A stretch of DNA of 64,000 nt from Candidatus Poribacteria bacterium. Lineage in GTDB: Bacteria; Poribacteria; WGA-4E; WGA-3G. Positions 37,037-45,678 of the stretch are shown one piece after another (position 1 is the stretch's first letter; every line of letters begins with the position of its first letter). Under the pieces are notes generated by a model. The model was not told the DNA's origin. It was given only the letters and a program-made list of their open reading frames with translations, and did not search any database. The translations under genes were made by a program, and so were the position numbers. The stretch spans positions 256,001 through 320,000 of the forward strand of contig OZ242029.1 of assembly GCA_965205015.1 (NCBI GenBank), written 5' to 3'.

Positions 37037-38140
37037 ATGAAAATTCGTTGTATCAACGCCTACCAAGTCGACCTTCCACTCTATGAAGGCAGTTACAATT
37101 GGTCGGGCGGAAAATCCGTATCCGTATTCGACAGTACCATCGTCTCAATTGAAACGGACGCAGGCATCACCGGCTACGGCGAGGTCTGCCCACTGGGACC
37201 GTTCTATCTCCCCGCTTATGCCGCAGGCACCCGTACCGGCATCGCCGAACTCGCACCGCATCTCATCGGCGAAGACCCGACACAACTGCTTCCACTCAAC
37301 CAACGCATGGACATCGCACTCAAGGGACACCCGTATGTGAAATCCGCAATCGACATCGCGTGTTGGGATATTCTCGGTAAGGTCGCAAACCAATCGGTCT
37401 GTACGCTTCTGGGTGGAAGATACGGATCGGATTTCATGCTCTATCGTGCGATTTCCCAACAATCTCCCGACGAGATGGCAGCGAAAGTCGCCACCTATCG
37501 TGCAGAAGGCTATCGCAAATTCCAATTAAAAGTAGGCGGTGATCCGAACACTGACATTGAACGTATCCGAGCGGTCGCCGAATTGATGCACCCCGGAGAC
37601 GTACTCATCGCAGATGCGAATACCGGTTGGTTAATGCACCAAGCCGCCCGTGTCGTCCAAGGCGTGCGCGATGTAGACGTCTATATCGAACAACCCTGTC
37701 TCTCCTACGAAGAATGCCTGGCTATCCGTCAACGGACAGGTCACCCTTTTATTCTTGACGAGACGATTGACAGCATTCAAGCGTTGTTACGCGGTTATGC
37801 CGACAGCGCGATGGACGTCGTCAACATTAAGATAAGCAAATTCGGAGGACTGACCAAAGCGAAACTCGCCAGAGACCTCTGTGTTGAACTCGGAATTGCA
37901 ATGACAATTGAAGACAGCTGGGGTGGGGATATTACCACTGCCGCCATTGCGCATCTCGCCCACAGTACACCGACAGCATTTCTTTTCACGGCAACAGATT
38001 TCAATAGCTACGTTACCGTTAGCACGGCGGAAGGCGCCCCCCAACGCACCAACGGCAGGATGGCAGCCGCAACACAACCCGGCTTAGGAATCACGCCTGA
38101 TATGGATGTGTTAGGTGAAGCAGTCGTTCATGTGGAGTAA
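37037..38140 (+). CDS. Enolase-superfamily (MR/MLE) enzyme, cis-3-hydroxy-L-proline dehydratase / proline-betaine epimerase-like
   Basis: [52 protein letters not shown]. Confidence 0.8.
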   Translation: MKIRCINAYQVDLPLYEGSYNWSGGKSVSVFDSTIVSIETDAGITGYGEVCPLGPFYLPAYAAGTRTGIAELAPHLIGEDPTQLLPLNQRMDIALKGHPYVKSAIDIACWDILGKVANQSVCTLLGGRYGSDFMLYRAISQQSPDEMAAKVATYRAEGYRKFQLKVGGDPNTDIERIRAVAELMHPGDVLIADANTGWLMHQAARVVQGVRDVDVYIEQPCLSYEECLAIRQRTGHPFILDETIDSIQALLRGYADSAMDVVNIKISKFGGLTKAKLARDLCVELGIAMTIEDSWGGDITTAAIAHLAHSTPTAFLFTATDFNSYVTVSTAEGAPQRTNGRMAAATQPGLGITPDMDVLGEAVVHVE

Positions 38141-38144
38141 TCGC

Positions 38145-39110
38145 ATGCATATCAGAATCCTTTCTGCCGCCGATGTCCGGATAGCCTTGCCAATGCCGAA
38201 AGCAGTCGATGCGATGCGGCACGCCTACGGTCAACTTTCGGCAGGCAAAGTGACCGCGCCGCCACGACAACACCTCTCCACCGACAAAGGCGTTACGCTT
38301 CTAATGCCTGCCCACCTACCCGAGCGCAACGAATTCGGCATCAAAGTCGTCTCGGTTTATGACGACAATCCGAGCCTCGACTTACCCCGTATCACGGCGA
38401 CAGTTTTAGTGCTGGACCCAGCGACAGGACTCCCAAAAGCATTCATGGACGGTAGCAGTCTCACCGCTATCCGAACGGGAGCCGGGGGCGGCGTCGCGGC
38501 AGACCTACTTGCCCGGCAGGATGCCAAAACGGTCGGTTTATTCGGAGCCGGCGTGCAGGCGAGAGCACAATTGCAGGCAGTCATGGCGGTCAGAGACATT
38601 AAGCGCGTTAATCTCATCAGTCGAACACAAGCCTCCGCACAACAATTCGCCACTGAAATTTCAGAGTGGACGGATGCCCCGGAAGTCAATCTCGTCCCGA
38701 ACCCTCGACGGGTCGTAGAGGACGCAGACATCGTTATCTGTGCGACAACATCGGCAACCCCACTTTTCGATGGAAATGCCCTGCAACCGGGTACACACAT
38801 CACAGCCGTTGGCACGTTTGTGCCAGAAAAAAGAGAAGTTGATACAACGACGATGAGAAGGGCATCCCGAATTGTGGTCGATTCGCGGGAAGCCTGCTTA
38901 GAAGAGGCAGGAGACCTGATTATTCCCAATGCTAAAATTGACGCTGAAATCGGAGAAATCGTCAACGGCGACAAGCACGGACGCCAGTCAGACGACGAAA
39001 TCACGTTCTTTAAATCGGTTGGTGTGGCGGTGCAGGACGCAGTCGCAGGATCCGTGGTCCTTGCCGAGGCAGACACCAAAGGATTAGGCACTATCCTGGA
39101 AATAGCATGA
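38145..39110 (+). CDS. Ornithine cyclodeaminase/mu-crystallin family (probable pyrroline-2-carboxylate reductase)
   Basis: LMPA, GIKVVSV, LTAIRTGA, GAGVQA, FKSVGVAVQD. Confidence 0.88.
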   Translation: MHIRILSAADVRIALPMPKAVDAMRHAYGQLSAGKVTAPPRQHLSTDKGVTLLMPAHLPERNEFGIKVVSVYDDNPSLDLPRITATVLVLDPATGLPKAFMDGSSLTAIRTGAGGGVAADLLARQDAKTVGLFGAGVQARAQLQAVMAVRDIKRVNLISRTQASAQQFATEISEWTDAPEVNLVPNPRRVVEDADIVICATTSATPLFDGNALQPGTHITAVGTFVPEKREVDTTTMRRASRIVVDSREACLEEAGDLIIPNAKIDAEIGEIVNGDKHGRQSDDEITFFKSVGVAVQDAVAGSVVLAEADTKGLGTILEIA

Positions 39111-39177
39111 ACGGCTGTCGGTAGCAAGTTAGCACTTGACAAAAAAAGCAGATCGTATAAAATAGGGTATATATTTA

Positions 39178-39375
39178 TGAAGGGCGACGCTACGGAAACC
39201 AACGCTAATTACCAAACCCACCCCAACGAACCGCAAGGAAAATTAAGAAATGGAAAAATAGAATGTCCAAAAATCGCAAGCCCGTAATGAAATGGAGGGC
39301 GACTCTACGGAAATTACCTTGAACGACTAACCCACCTCAACGAACCGCAAGGAAAATTAAAAATATGGAAAAAAC
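39178..39375 (+). repeat. Direct duplication of leader, RBS and start codon (about 115-bp period)
   Basis: AGGGCGAC.CTACGGAAA...AACCCACC.CAACGAACCGCAAGGAAAATTAA...ATGGAAAAA twice; first copy gives the minigene ATG GAA AAA TAG. Confidence 0.8.
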
Positions 39376-40441
39376 GCATCTACTTCAGGCACCACACCTT
39401 CACGCAATCGCACGCAACATCTTCGTCGCCGCCGGTGCCTCGCGGCACATCGCAGAAGATGTCTCCGAAATCCTTGTCAACGCCAACCTCGCGGGTCACG
39501 ACTCACACGGCGTGCTACGTGTCCCAGCGTATCTACGCGGTATCGATGCCGGACAATTGGACCCCACTGCGGAACCCAAAATCCTCGCAGAAACCCCGAA
39601 TACCCTACGCGTTGACGGACAACGCGGCTTCGGACACTACGTCTCACGCTGGTCCATCAGTAAAGCCATAGAGAAGGCAAAAACCGCCGTCTCCTGCTCC
39701 GTCAGCATCAGCAACACCGGACATATCGGACGTTTGGGTGAGTACGCAGAGGCAGCAGCGAAAGCCGGATGTATCGGACTTATCAGCGTCGGGTCAGGCG
39801 GTAAAGGCGGGGGACCGACAGTCCCTTATGGCGGTGCACAAGGTACTTTCAGCACGAACCCAATCGCTTTGGGCGTGCCGACTGGCGACGACAGCCCCTT
39901 TATCGTTGACTACGCAACGAGCATGGTTGCCGAAGGGAAGATACAGGTCGCCCGGAGCAAAGGCATCGATTTACCAGAGGGCTGCATTCTCGATAAAAAC
40001 GGGAGGCCGAGCGTCAAGCCTGCTGACTTCTACGACGGTGGAGCACTTCTCGCATTCGGGAAACACAAAGGGTATGCACTCGCTATGTTCACCTGTCTCC
40101 TCGGCGGATTAGCGGGAACATTTGACACAGAAAGTGGTAGGATGGGCGGCACTTTCATGCAAGCCATAGATGTCAACGCCTTTACACCGGTTGAGAAATA
40201 CCAGAACGGCGTACGCGCCTTCTTAGATGGCATCAAATCCACACCGCCAGCACAAGGCTTCGACGAAGTACTCGTCCCCGGGGACTTTGAATACCGATTC
40301 CGCACACAGCGGTTAGTAGAAGGCGTTGAAATACCTGATACCATCTACAATCAACTTCAAGAATGCGCAGACAAACTCGGAATTTCCATCGGCGAAGACA
40401 CTATTGAGGCAGACGACAAGGCACACTACAGTCCGATTTAG
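39365..40441 (+). CDS. Ldh_2 family oxidoreductase (malate/L-lactate/DpkA-like), paralog 1
   Basis: ANLAGHDSHG, GHIGRLG, STNPIA, DYATS, HKGYAL, VLVPG. Confidence 0.9.
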   Translation: MEKTHLLQAPHLHAIARNIFVAAGASRHIAEDVSEILVNANLAGHDSHGVLRVPAYLRGIDAGQLDPTAEPKILAETPNTLRVDGQRGFGHYVSRWSISKAIEKAKTAVSCSVSISNTGHIGRLGEYAEAAAKAGCIGLISVGSGGKGGGPTVPYGGAQGTFSTNPIALGVPTGDDSPFIVDYATSMVAEGKIQVARSKGIDLPEGCILDKNGRPSVKPADFYDGGALLAFGKHKGYALAMFTCLLGGLAGTFDTESGRMGGTFMQAIDVNAFTPVEKYQNGVRAFLDGIKSTPPAQGFDEVLVPGDFEYRFRTQRLVEGVEIPDTIYNQLQECADKLGISIGEDTIEADDKAHYSPI

Positions 40442-40548
40442 AAATGGCAGTCAGCGGTCAGCAGAGAGAATGGAAGAATGGAAGACGGGGCACCCAACCT
40501 TCCAGCCTTCCGTCCTTCCAACCAAACGCCGCAAGGAAAATTAAAAAA

Positions 40549-41595
40549 ATGAAGAGGCACATATTTGAAGCCGCACACCTTCAGGCATTCACGAATAATC
40601 TATTTGTAGCGGCAGGCACACCACAGCACATCGCCGATAACGTCGCCGAGATTCTCATAAAAGCGAACCTCGCGGGACACGATTCGCACGGCGTGCTTCG
40701 GATTCCCTCCTACCTTGATGGCATTGAGGGCGGCGGTATCCGTCCCGATGCCGAACCCGATGTGCTACAGGAAACCGACAATACGCTCCATATCGATGGT
40801 GGGAACGGCTTCGGACACTATACCGCCCGCTACGCGATCCGACGCGCAATCGAAAAATCGAAAACCGCGCGGACCTGTTTCGCAACGCTCACTCGGACGG
40901 GACATATCGGTAGAGTCGGCGAATACGCCCAAGAAGCCGCTGAATCCGGGTATATCGGCATTATCACCGTCGGGGGCGGTTCAAAAGGGGGCGGACGTAT
41001 CCTCCCGTTTGGGGGTGCTGTTGGCGCACTCGGCACAAACCCCATTGCTATCGGTATCCCGACAGGCGATGACACGCCGTTCCTCATCGACTTCGCGACC
41101 AGTATGATCGCGAACGGTAAAACCTACGTCGCCGACAGTGAAAATCGAGATTTGCTGGAGGGATGTGTTGTTGACAAACACGGAAATCCCACTGTCAAAA
41201 CCGCTGAATACCGTGATGGCGGACATCTTCTCGCTTTTGGAAGGCACAAAGGCTACGCGCTTTCCCTCTTTGTCGCACTGATTGGTGGATTGGGCGGCGC
41301 ATTCAATACTGAAACTGGACAGATGGGAGGGCTCCACATGCAGGTGATCGATGTCAATGCCTTTACACCCCTTGAAGAATATCAAAAAGGGGTGCGTGCG
41401 TTTTTAGACACAATCAAGGCGACACCGCCTGCCTCCGGGTTCGATGAGGTGTTAGTCCCTGGGGATTTTGAAGCAAATACCCGAGCACACCGCCTCGCAA
41501 ACGGGATTGATGTTCCCGATACCATCTACCAGCAACTTCGCGAGTGTGCCGAAAAATGGAATGTCTCCCTTCCAGAGGAATCTCGTTTGCCCTAA
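40549..41595 (+). CDS. Ldh_2 family oxidoreductase, paralog 2
   Basis: Same motifs as paralog 1; ATG at 40549 after AAGG RBS (ORF-track start 40444 runs through a repeat). Confidence 0.9.
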   Translation: MKRHIFEAAHLQAFTNNLFVAAGTPQHIADNVAEILIKANLAGHDSHGVLRIPSYLDGIEGGGIRPDAEPDVLQETDNTLHIDGGNGFGHYTARYAIRRAIEKSKTARTCFATLTRTGHIGRVGEYAQEAAESGYIGIITVGGGSKGGGRILPFGGAVGALGTNPIAIGIPTGDDTPFLIDFATSMIANGKTYVADSENRDLLEGCVVDKHGNPTVKTAEYRDGGHLLAFGRHKGYALSLFVALIGGLGGAFNTETGQMGGLHMQVIDVNAFTPLEEYQKGVRAFLDTIKATPPASGFDEVLVPGDFEANTRAHRLANGIDVPDTIYQQLRECAEKWNVSLPEESRLP

Positions 41596-41651
41596 TCCCC
41601 GCTTTGAAGTATTTCTCCGAGTACCCCAAGGAACAATAGGATTACACCAAT

Positions 41652-41686
41652 GTCAATAGCACCCACACGCTAAAGCGTGGGGCTTG
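41652..41686 (+). mobile_element. Isolated IS200/IS605-type (IscB/HEARO-like) terminal hairpin remnant
   Basis: GTCAATAGCACCCACACGCTAAAGCGTGGGGCTTG resembles the GTCAA..CCC..CTAAAG..GGGGCTTG end motif. Confidence 0.45.
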
Positions 41687-41708
41687 CGCTTCATAGCAGT
41701 TCGCCTTC

Positions 41709-42596
41709 ATGAAAAAGGTAATAACGCTTACAATCCTAATCGGGATCCTCGCCATTTCTATGCTCGGTTGTGGCACAGATACCGAGGATACAGTCGAGGA
41801 AATTGCCGAAGACAAGGTTCCCGTGTCGATAGGGATGGTCCTGATTCCCGAAGGTCCCTTTGAAATGGGTAGCACTGCGGACCACGCAAACATCGACGAA
41901 CAGCCTGTCCATACCGTCTATGTGGACGCGTTTTACATGGATAAACGCGAAGTAACGGTTCGCGCCTATCGGCACTTTGTGGAGGAAACGGGACATCGCG
42001 CCCCCGACTGGGAGCAGGTCGCTCTCTATTCCCCCACCGATGACCACCCTATCGTCTTTGTGAGTTGGCACGATGCGATGGCGTATGCGAAGTGGGCAGG
42101 CAAACGGTTGCCAACGGAAGCGGAATGGGAGAAAGCCGCACGCGGAAATCTGGTAGGAAAGATATATCCATGGGGGGACACAGCACCGGCAGCAGCTGCA
42201 AAAGTAATGTGCAACTTCGCTGATAAGAACCTCACACATTATTGGTGGGCGGATAAAGAGGTCGACGATGGTTATGTATACACTGCCCCTGTGGGGAGGT
42301 ATCTCCCGAACAAATATGGTCTGTCCGATATGACAGGGAACGTTTCGGAGTGGTGTCTTGACGAATATGATGAAGACTTCTATGAAATCTCACCAAGCAC
42401 AAACCCTGTTTCAGGGTCAGACACTGTCACAGAGATAAGCAATACCTTTGCAAGTGTTCAATCGTATCGAGTGCTACGGGGTGGCTCTTGGCTGGTTAAT
42501 GCGTTGGGGGTGCGGAACGCCGTTCGGTTCACTCTCAATCCATCCAGCACGAGCAGCAGTGTCGGTTTTCGTTGTGCGAAGGACTTGGATTTGTAA
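41709..42596 (+). CDS. FGE-sulfatase (SUMF1/C-type lectin fold) domain lipoprotein
   Basis: Lipobox MLGC; FEMGS, EVT, RLPTEAEWEKAARG, DMTGNVSEW, RGGSW, GFRC; catalytic Cys pair not evident. Confidence 0.92.
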   Translation: MKKVITLTILIGILAISMLGCGTDTEDTVEEIAEDKVPVSIGMVLIPEGPFEMGSTADHANIDEQPVHTVYVDAFYMDKREVTVRAYRHFVEETGHRAPDWEQVALYSPTDDHPIVFVSWHDAMAYAKWAGKRLPTEAEWEKAARGNLVGKIYPWGDTAPAAAAKVMCNFADKNLTHYWWADKEVDDGYVYTAPVGRYLPNKYGLSDMTGNVSEWCLDEYDEDFYEISPSTNPVSGSDTVTEISNTFASVQSYRVLRGGSWLVNALGVRNAVRFTLNPSSTSSSVGFRCAKDLDL

Positions 42597-42666
42597 AATA
42601 AGTGGATTTCATTTTGATCAAACGTGTTTTTCAAACATATCCGTCGCAGGAGGTCTCCGATTGAAC

Positions 42667-45468
42667 ATGCGAGTCAAAGGTTTCTTTTTCGTACTCACTG
42701 TTTTGCTCGGTTTTTTGCCATCGGGTTTTGCTCAAGACGCTCGTCCAATAGTGCAGATCGTCTACTTCCGCCCAAGCGATATGCCACTCCCTCCCGGCGT
42801 AGATGCAGAAATCGATGCCATGATCAAGAAAGCACAGCGGTTCTTCGCGGACAAGATGGAAGACCACGGATTCGGCAGAAAAACTTTTCAGTTTGAAGCG
42901 GACGCAAACGGAAATGTTGTCGTGCATCATGTAAATGGGAAATTGCCCATCGCAGATTATGAGAATAGTAATTACGCCTGGGTCCCAGAGATTAACGAAC
43001 AGATTCACATACGCCATGAGCGTATTCCCGTCTATATGATAGAGAGAGGGCAAAAAAGAATAACAGTGGGTAGAGGATGCGGTGAAGGCAGCAGATCTGG
43101 AGCACATATCTACTGTTGGGGGTGGACTGTCGTTGCTCATGAGCTCGGGCATGCCTTTGGCTTACCACATGATTTCCGCACCAACACCTATATCATGTCT
43201 TATGGGATAACCAAACTTAGCTTGTCGAAATGCTCCGCTGAATGGTTGAATGTCCACCCATTTTTTAACGTAGGTCAAGCTGCTATGAGTGAACGCTCAA
43301 CGATTAAAATGCTTCCACCAACCCTCGCTTCTCTTCCCAATAATATTCATCTCCGCTTTGAGATAACGGATCCCGATGGGCTCCATCAAGCAAAACTTAT
43401 CTTACCGACTGATAATGAGGCCCTGCTCGATTGTAAACCTTTGAGTGGCGAAAGCAGTATTATTGAATTTGACACAACCGGACTGAGACCGACAGATAAG
43501 TGGATAAATCTTAGCGTTATTGATATACGTGGAGACATCACGTATCAAGGTTATTCAATTGATATTACCGCCCTGCTGCCGCCTCCCGAAGTTGTGTTAA
43601 TACCTGATAAAAATTTAGCAAAACAAGTCCGGACTTGGCTTCGTCTGGCGCCAGAGGAAACACTCACTACACACGCGATGCTAAATTTAAAGGTTCTTGC
43701 TGCAAACGATAGTCAGATAAGAGATATCACAGGCCTTGAGCATGCTTACACACTAAGGACGTTGAATCTTCGCGGCAACCCTGCCTTGGATATATCTGAT
43801 GTATCTGCGCTTTCTGGGCTTACACAACTGACGTATCTGGACTTTGACGAGAACGGGATTTCAGATATATCCGCACTTTCAGAATTTACACAACTCAGAA
43901 CGCTGTATCTTAGGCAGAACAGGATTTCGGATATATCTGCGCTTTCCGGGCTTACACAACTGACTTATCTAGAGCTTGACTACAACAATATCTCGGATAT
44001 ATCTGTGCTTTCCAGGCTTACACAACTGATAGGGCTATCGGTTGGTTCCAATTCTATCTCGGATATATCCGCGCTTTCCGGGCTTACACAACTGACAAGC
44101 TTGTGGCTTCCCAGCAATTCTATCTCGGATATATCCGCGCTTTCTGGGCTTATACGATTAGATGAGCTTTTCCTTAGGAGTAACAGGATTTCGGATATAT
44201 CTGCGCTTTCTGAGCTTACACAACTGACTTATCTGGTGCTTGACAGCAACAATATCTCGGATATATCTGCGCTTTCTGGGCTTACACAACTGGCCACTCT
44301 ATGGATTGAGGACAACAATATTTCGGATATATCTGCACTTTCTGGGTTGACCCAGCTCGCTTCTTTGAATCTCGGGAACAACAATATCTCTGATGTGTCC
44401 CCCTTGCGGGCTTTAAACCTAACACGGACGGAGTCGGACCTCGGGGGGTTGTATCTTCACGGCAACCCACTGAGTTTCGCCTCCATCAACACGCACATCC
44501 CTGCCCTGCAGGCGAAAGGCATTGCGGTAACGTTTGACAACGTCGCACATCCGGCATTCGTGAAAATCTCAGATGATACCCAAGAAGGTGCTGCCGGGGC
44601 ACTATTAACTTCTCCGTTTGTCGTGGAAATACAGGATGAAAAAGGACAGCCAATGAAAGATGTGCCTGTCACGTTCACTATCCACGCCGGCGGTGGGATT
44701 CTTAGTCCCACTACCACCAAAACCGATGCTGAGGGCAAGGCACGCACATTCTTGACACTCGGTTGGATCCCCGGTCCCTCCATTGTCCGGGCAACTGCTG
44801 ATGGGATTCCGTCATACGTGCAGTTTACCGCTATGGCCACCGTGCTAACTGATCGCCTCGCTACAGATGTTAACGGCGATAGTGCCGTTGATGTGGAAGA
44901 CCTGCTCCTCGTTGCCGCCAGTGTCGGCACACCCTTTGTCCCCGATGTGATGCCTAATACAGATGTCAACGGCGATGGAATCGTCAATCATCAAGATGTG
45001 CAATTAGTCTTAGCTGCATTGGAGAACGCACCCGCTGCACCGTCTCTGGATACCCACTGGACTGCGACGAGTTTACAGCGGTGGATCGCAGAAGCGAAGC
45101 AGCGTAACATAGGTGATGCCATCCTTCAGCGCGGCATTGCGGTGTTGGAGCGGCTGCTTGTGGACCTATTGCCGAAGGAGATAGCACTTCTCGCCAACTA
45201 CCCGAATCCGTTCAATCCAGAGACATGGATACCGTATCAGTTGTCAGAACCAACGGATGTGACACTGCACATCTATGCAGTAGATGGGCAGGTCGTGCGG
45301 CAGTTGACGTTGGGGCATCAACCTGCCGGAATGTATCATAGCAAAAGTCGCGCGGCGTATTGGGATGGACGGAATGAGCAAGGTGAACACGTGGCGAGTG
45401 GCGTCTATTTCTATACGTTGTCCGCTGGCAATTTCAGCGCAACGCGGAAGATGTTAATACGGAAGTAG
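42667..45468 (+). CDS. Secreted zinc metallopeptidase (HExxH) + internalin-like LRR + Ig + dockerin + C-terminal sorting domain
   Basis: AGGAGG RBS; HELGHAFGLPHD and IMSY Met-turn; 22-aa ISDISALSGLTQL repeats; DVNGD loops; CTD. Confidence 0.9.
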   Translation: MRVKGFFFVLTVLLGFLPSGFAQDARPIVQIVYFRPSDMPLPPGVDAEIDAMIKKAQRFFADKMEDHGFGRKTFQFEADANGNVVVHHVNGKLPIADYENSNYAWVPEINEQIHIRHERIPVYMIERGQKRITVGRGCGEGSRSGAHIYCWGWTVVAHELGHAFGLPHDFRTNTYIMSYGITKLSLSKCSAEWLNVHPFFNVGQAAMSERSTIKMLPPTLASLPNNIHLRFEITDPDGLHQAKLILPTDNEALLDCKPLSGESSIIEFDTTGLRPTDKWINLSVIDIRGDITYQGYSIDITALLPPPEVVLIPDKNLAKQVRTWLRLAPEETLTTHAMLNLKVLAANDSQIRDITGLEHAYTLRTLNLRGNPALDISDVSALSGLTQLTYLDFDENGISDISALSEFTQLRTLYLRQNRISDISALSGLTQLTYLELDYNNISDISVLSRLTQLIGLSVGSNSISDISALSGLTQLTSLWLPSNSISDISALSGLIRLDELFLRSNRISDISALSELTQLTYLVLDSNNISDISALSGLTQLATLWIEDNNISDISALSGLTQLASLNLGNNNISDVSPLRALNLTRTESDLGGLYLHGNPLSFASINTHIPALQAKGIAVTFDNVAHPAFVKISDDTQEGAAGALLTSPFVVEIQDEKGQPMKDVPVTFTIHAGGGILSPTTTKTDAEGKARTFLTLGWIPGPSIVRATADGIPSYVQFTAMATVLTDRLATDVNGDSAVDVEDLLLVAASVGTPFVPDVMPNTDVNGDGIVNHQDVQLVLAALENAPAAPSLDTHWTATSLQRWIAEAKQRNIGDAILQRGIAVLERLLVDLLPKEIALLANYPNPFNPETWIPYQLSEPTDVTLHIYAVDGQVVRQLTLGHQPAGMYHSKSRAAYWDGRNEQGEHVASGVYFYTLSAGNFSATRKMLIRK
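43790..44400 (+). repeat. 66-bp tandem coding repeats (LRR array)
   Basis: About 9-10 units sharing TCGGATATATC.GCGCTTTC.GGGCTTACACAACTG. Confidence 0.85.
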
Positions 45469-45678
45469 GAGGCACACCCCTTGAAGGGATACTACCGAAG
45501 AACGCGCAATGAATTGCGCTACTACAAACGAAAGACTGTCCTATTCTTAAAATCCGCGTTCATCTGTGTCATCTGTGTAATCCGTGATTCAGGCAACAAT
45601 TATGAGTTCCCTTACCTTAAAATAGTGCTATGGCAAACGGCATATGCTTGCTACTTTCAAAAAATAAGGAAGTGTTGA

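Noticed and set aside
38357-39202. Long antisense ORFs (this one, 18227-19102, 6962-7666 and similar)
   Set aside because: Shadow frames opposite well-supported genes, with no motifs of their own.
42460-42596. Diversity-generating retroelement target (FGE/C-type lectin C-terminus)
   Set aside because: No template repeat or reverse transcriptase in the window; cannot be supported here.
42448-42666. ORF-track N-terminal extensions (also at 115, 19535, 25063, 34203, 40444, 60075)
   Set aside because: They overlap upstream genes, promoters or repeats; downstream ATGs with an RBS or signal peptide fit better.
45630-45652. sigma54 promoter before the WD40-peptidase gene
   Set aside because: GG-to-GC spacing is 9 or 12 nt, not the required 10.
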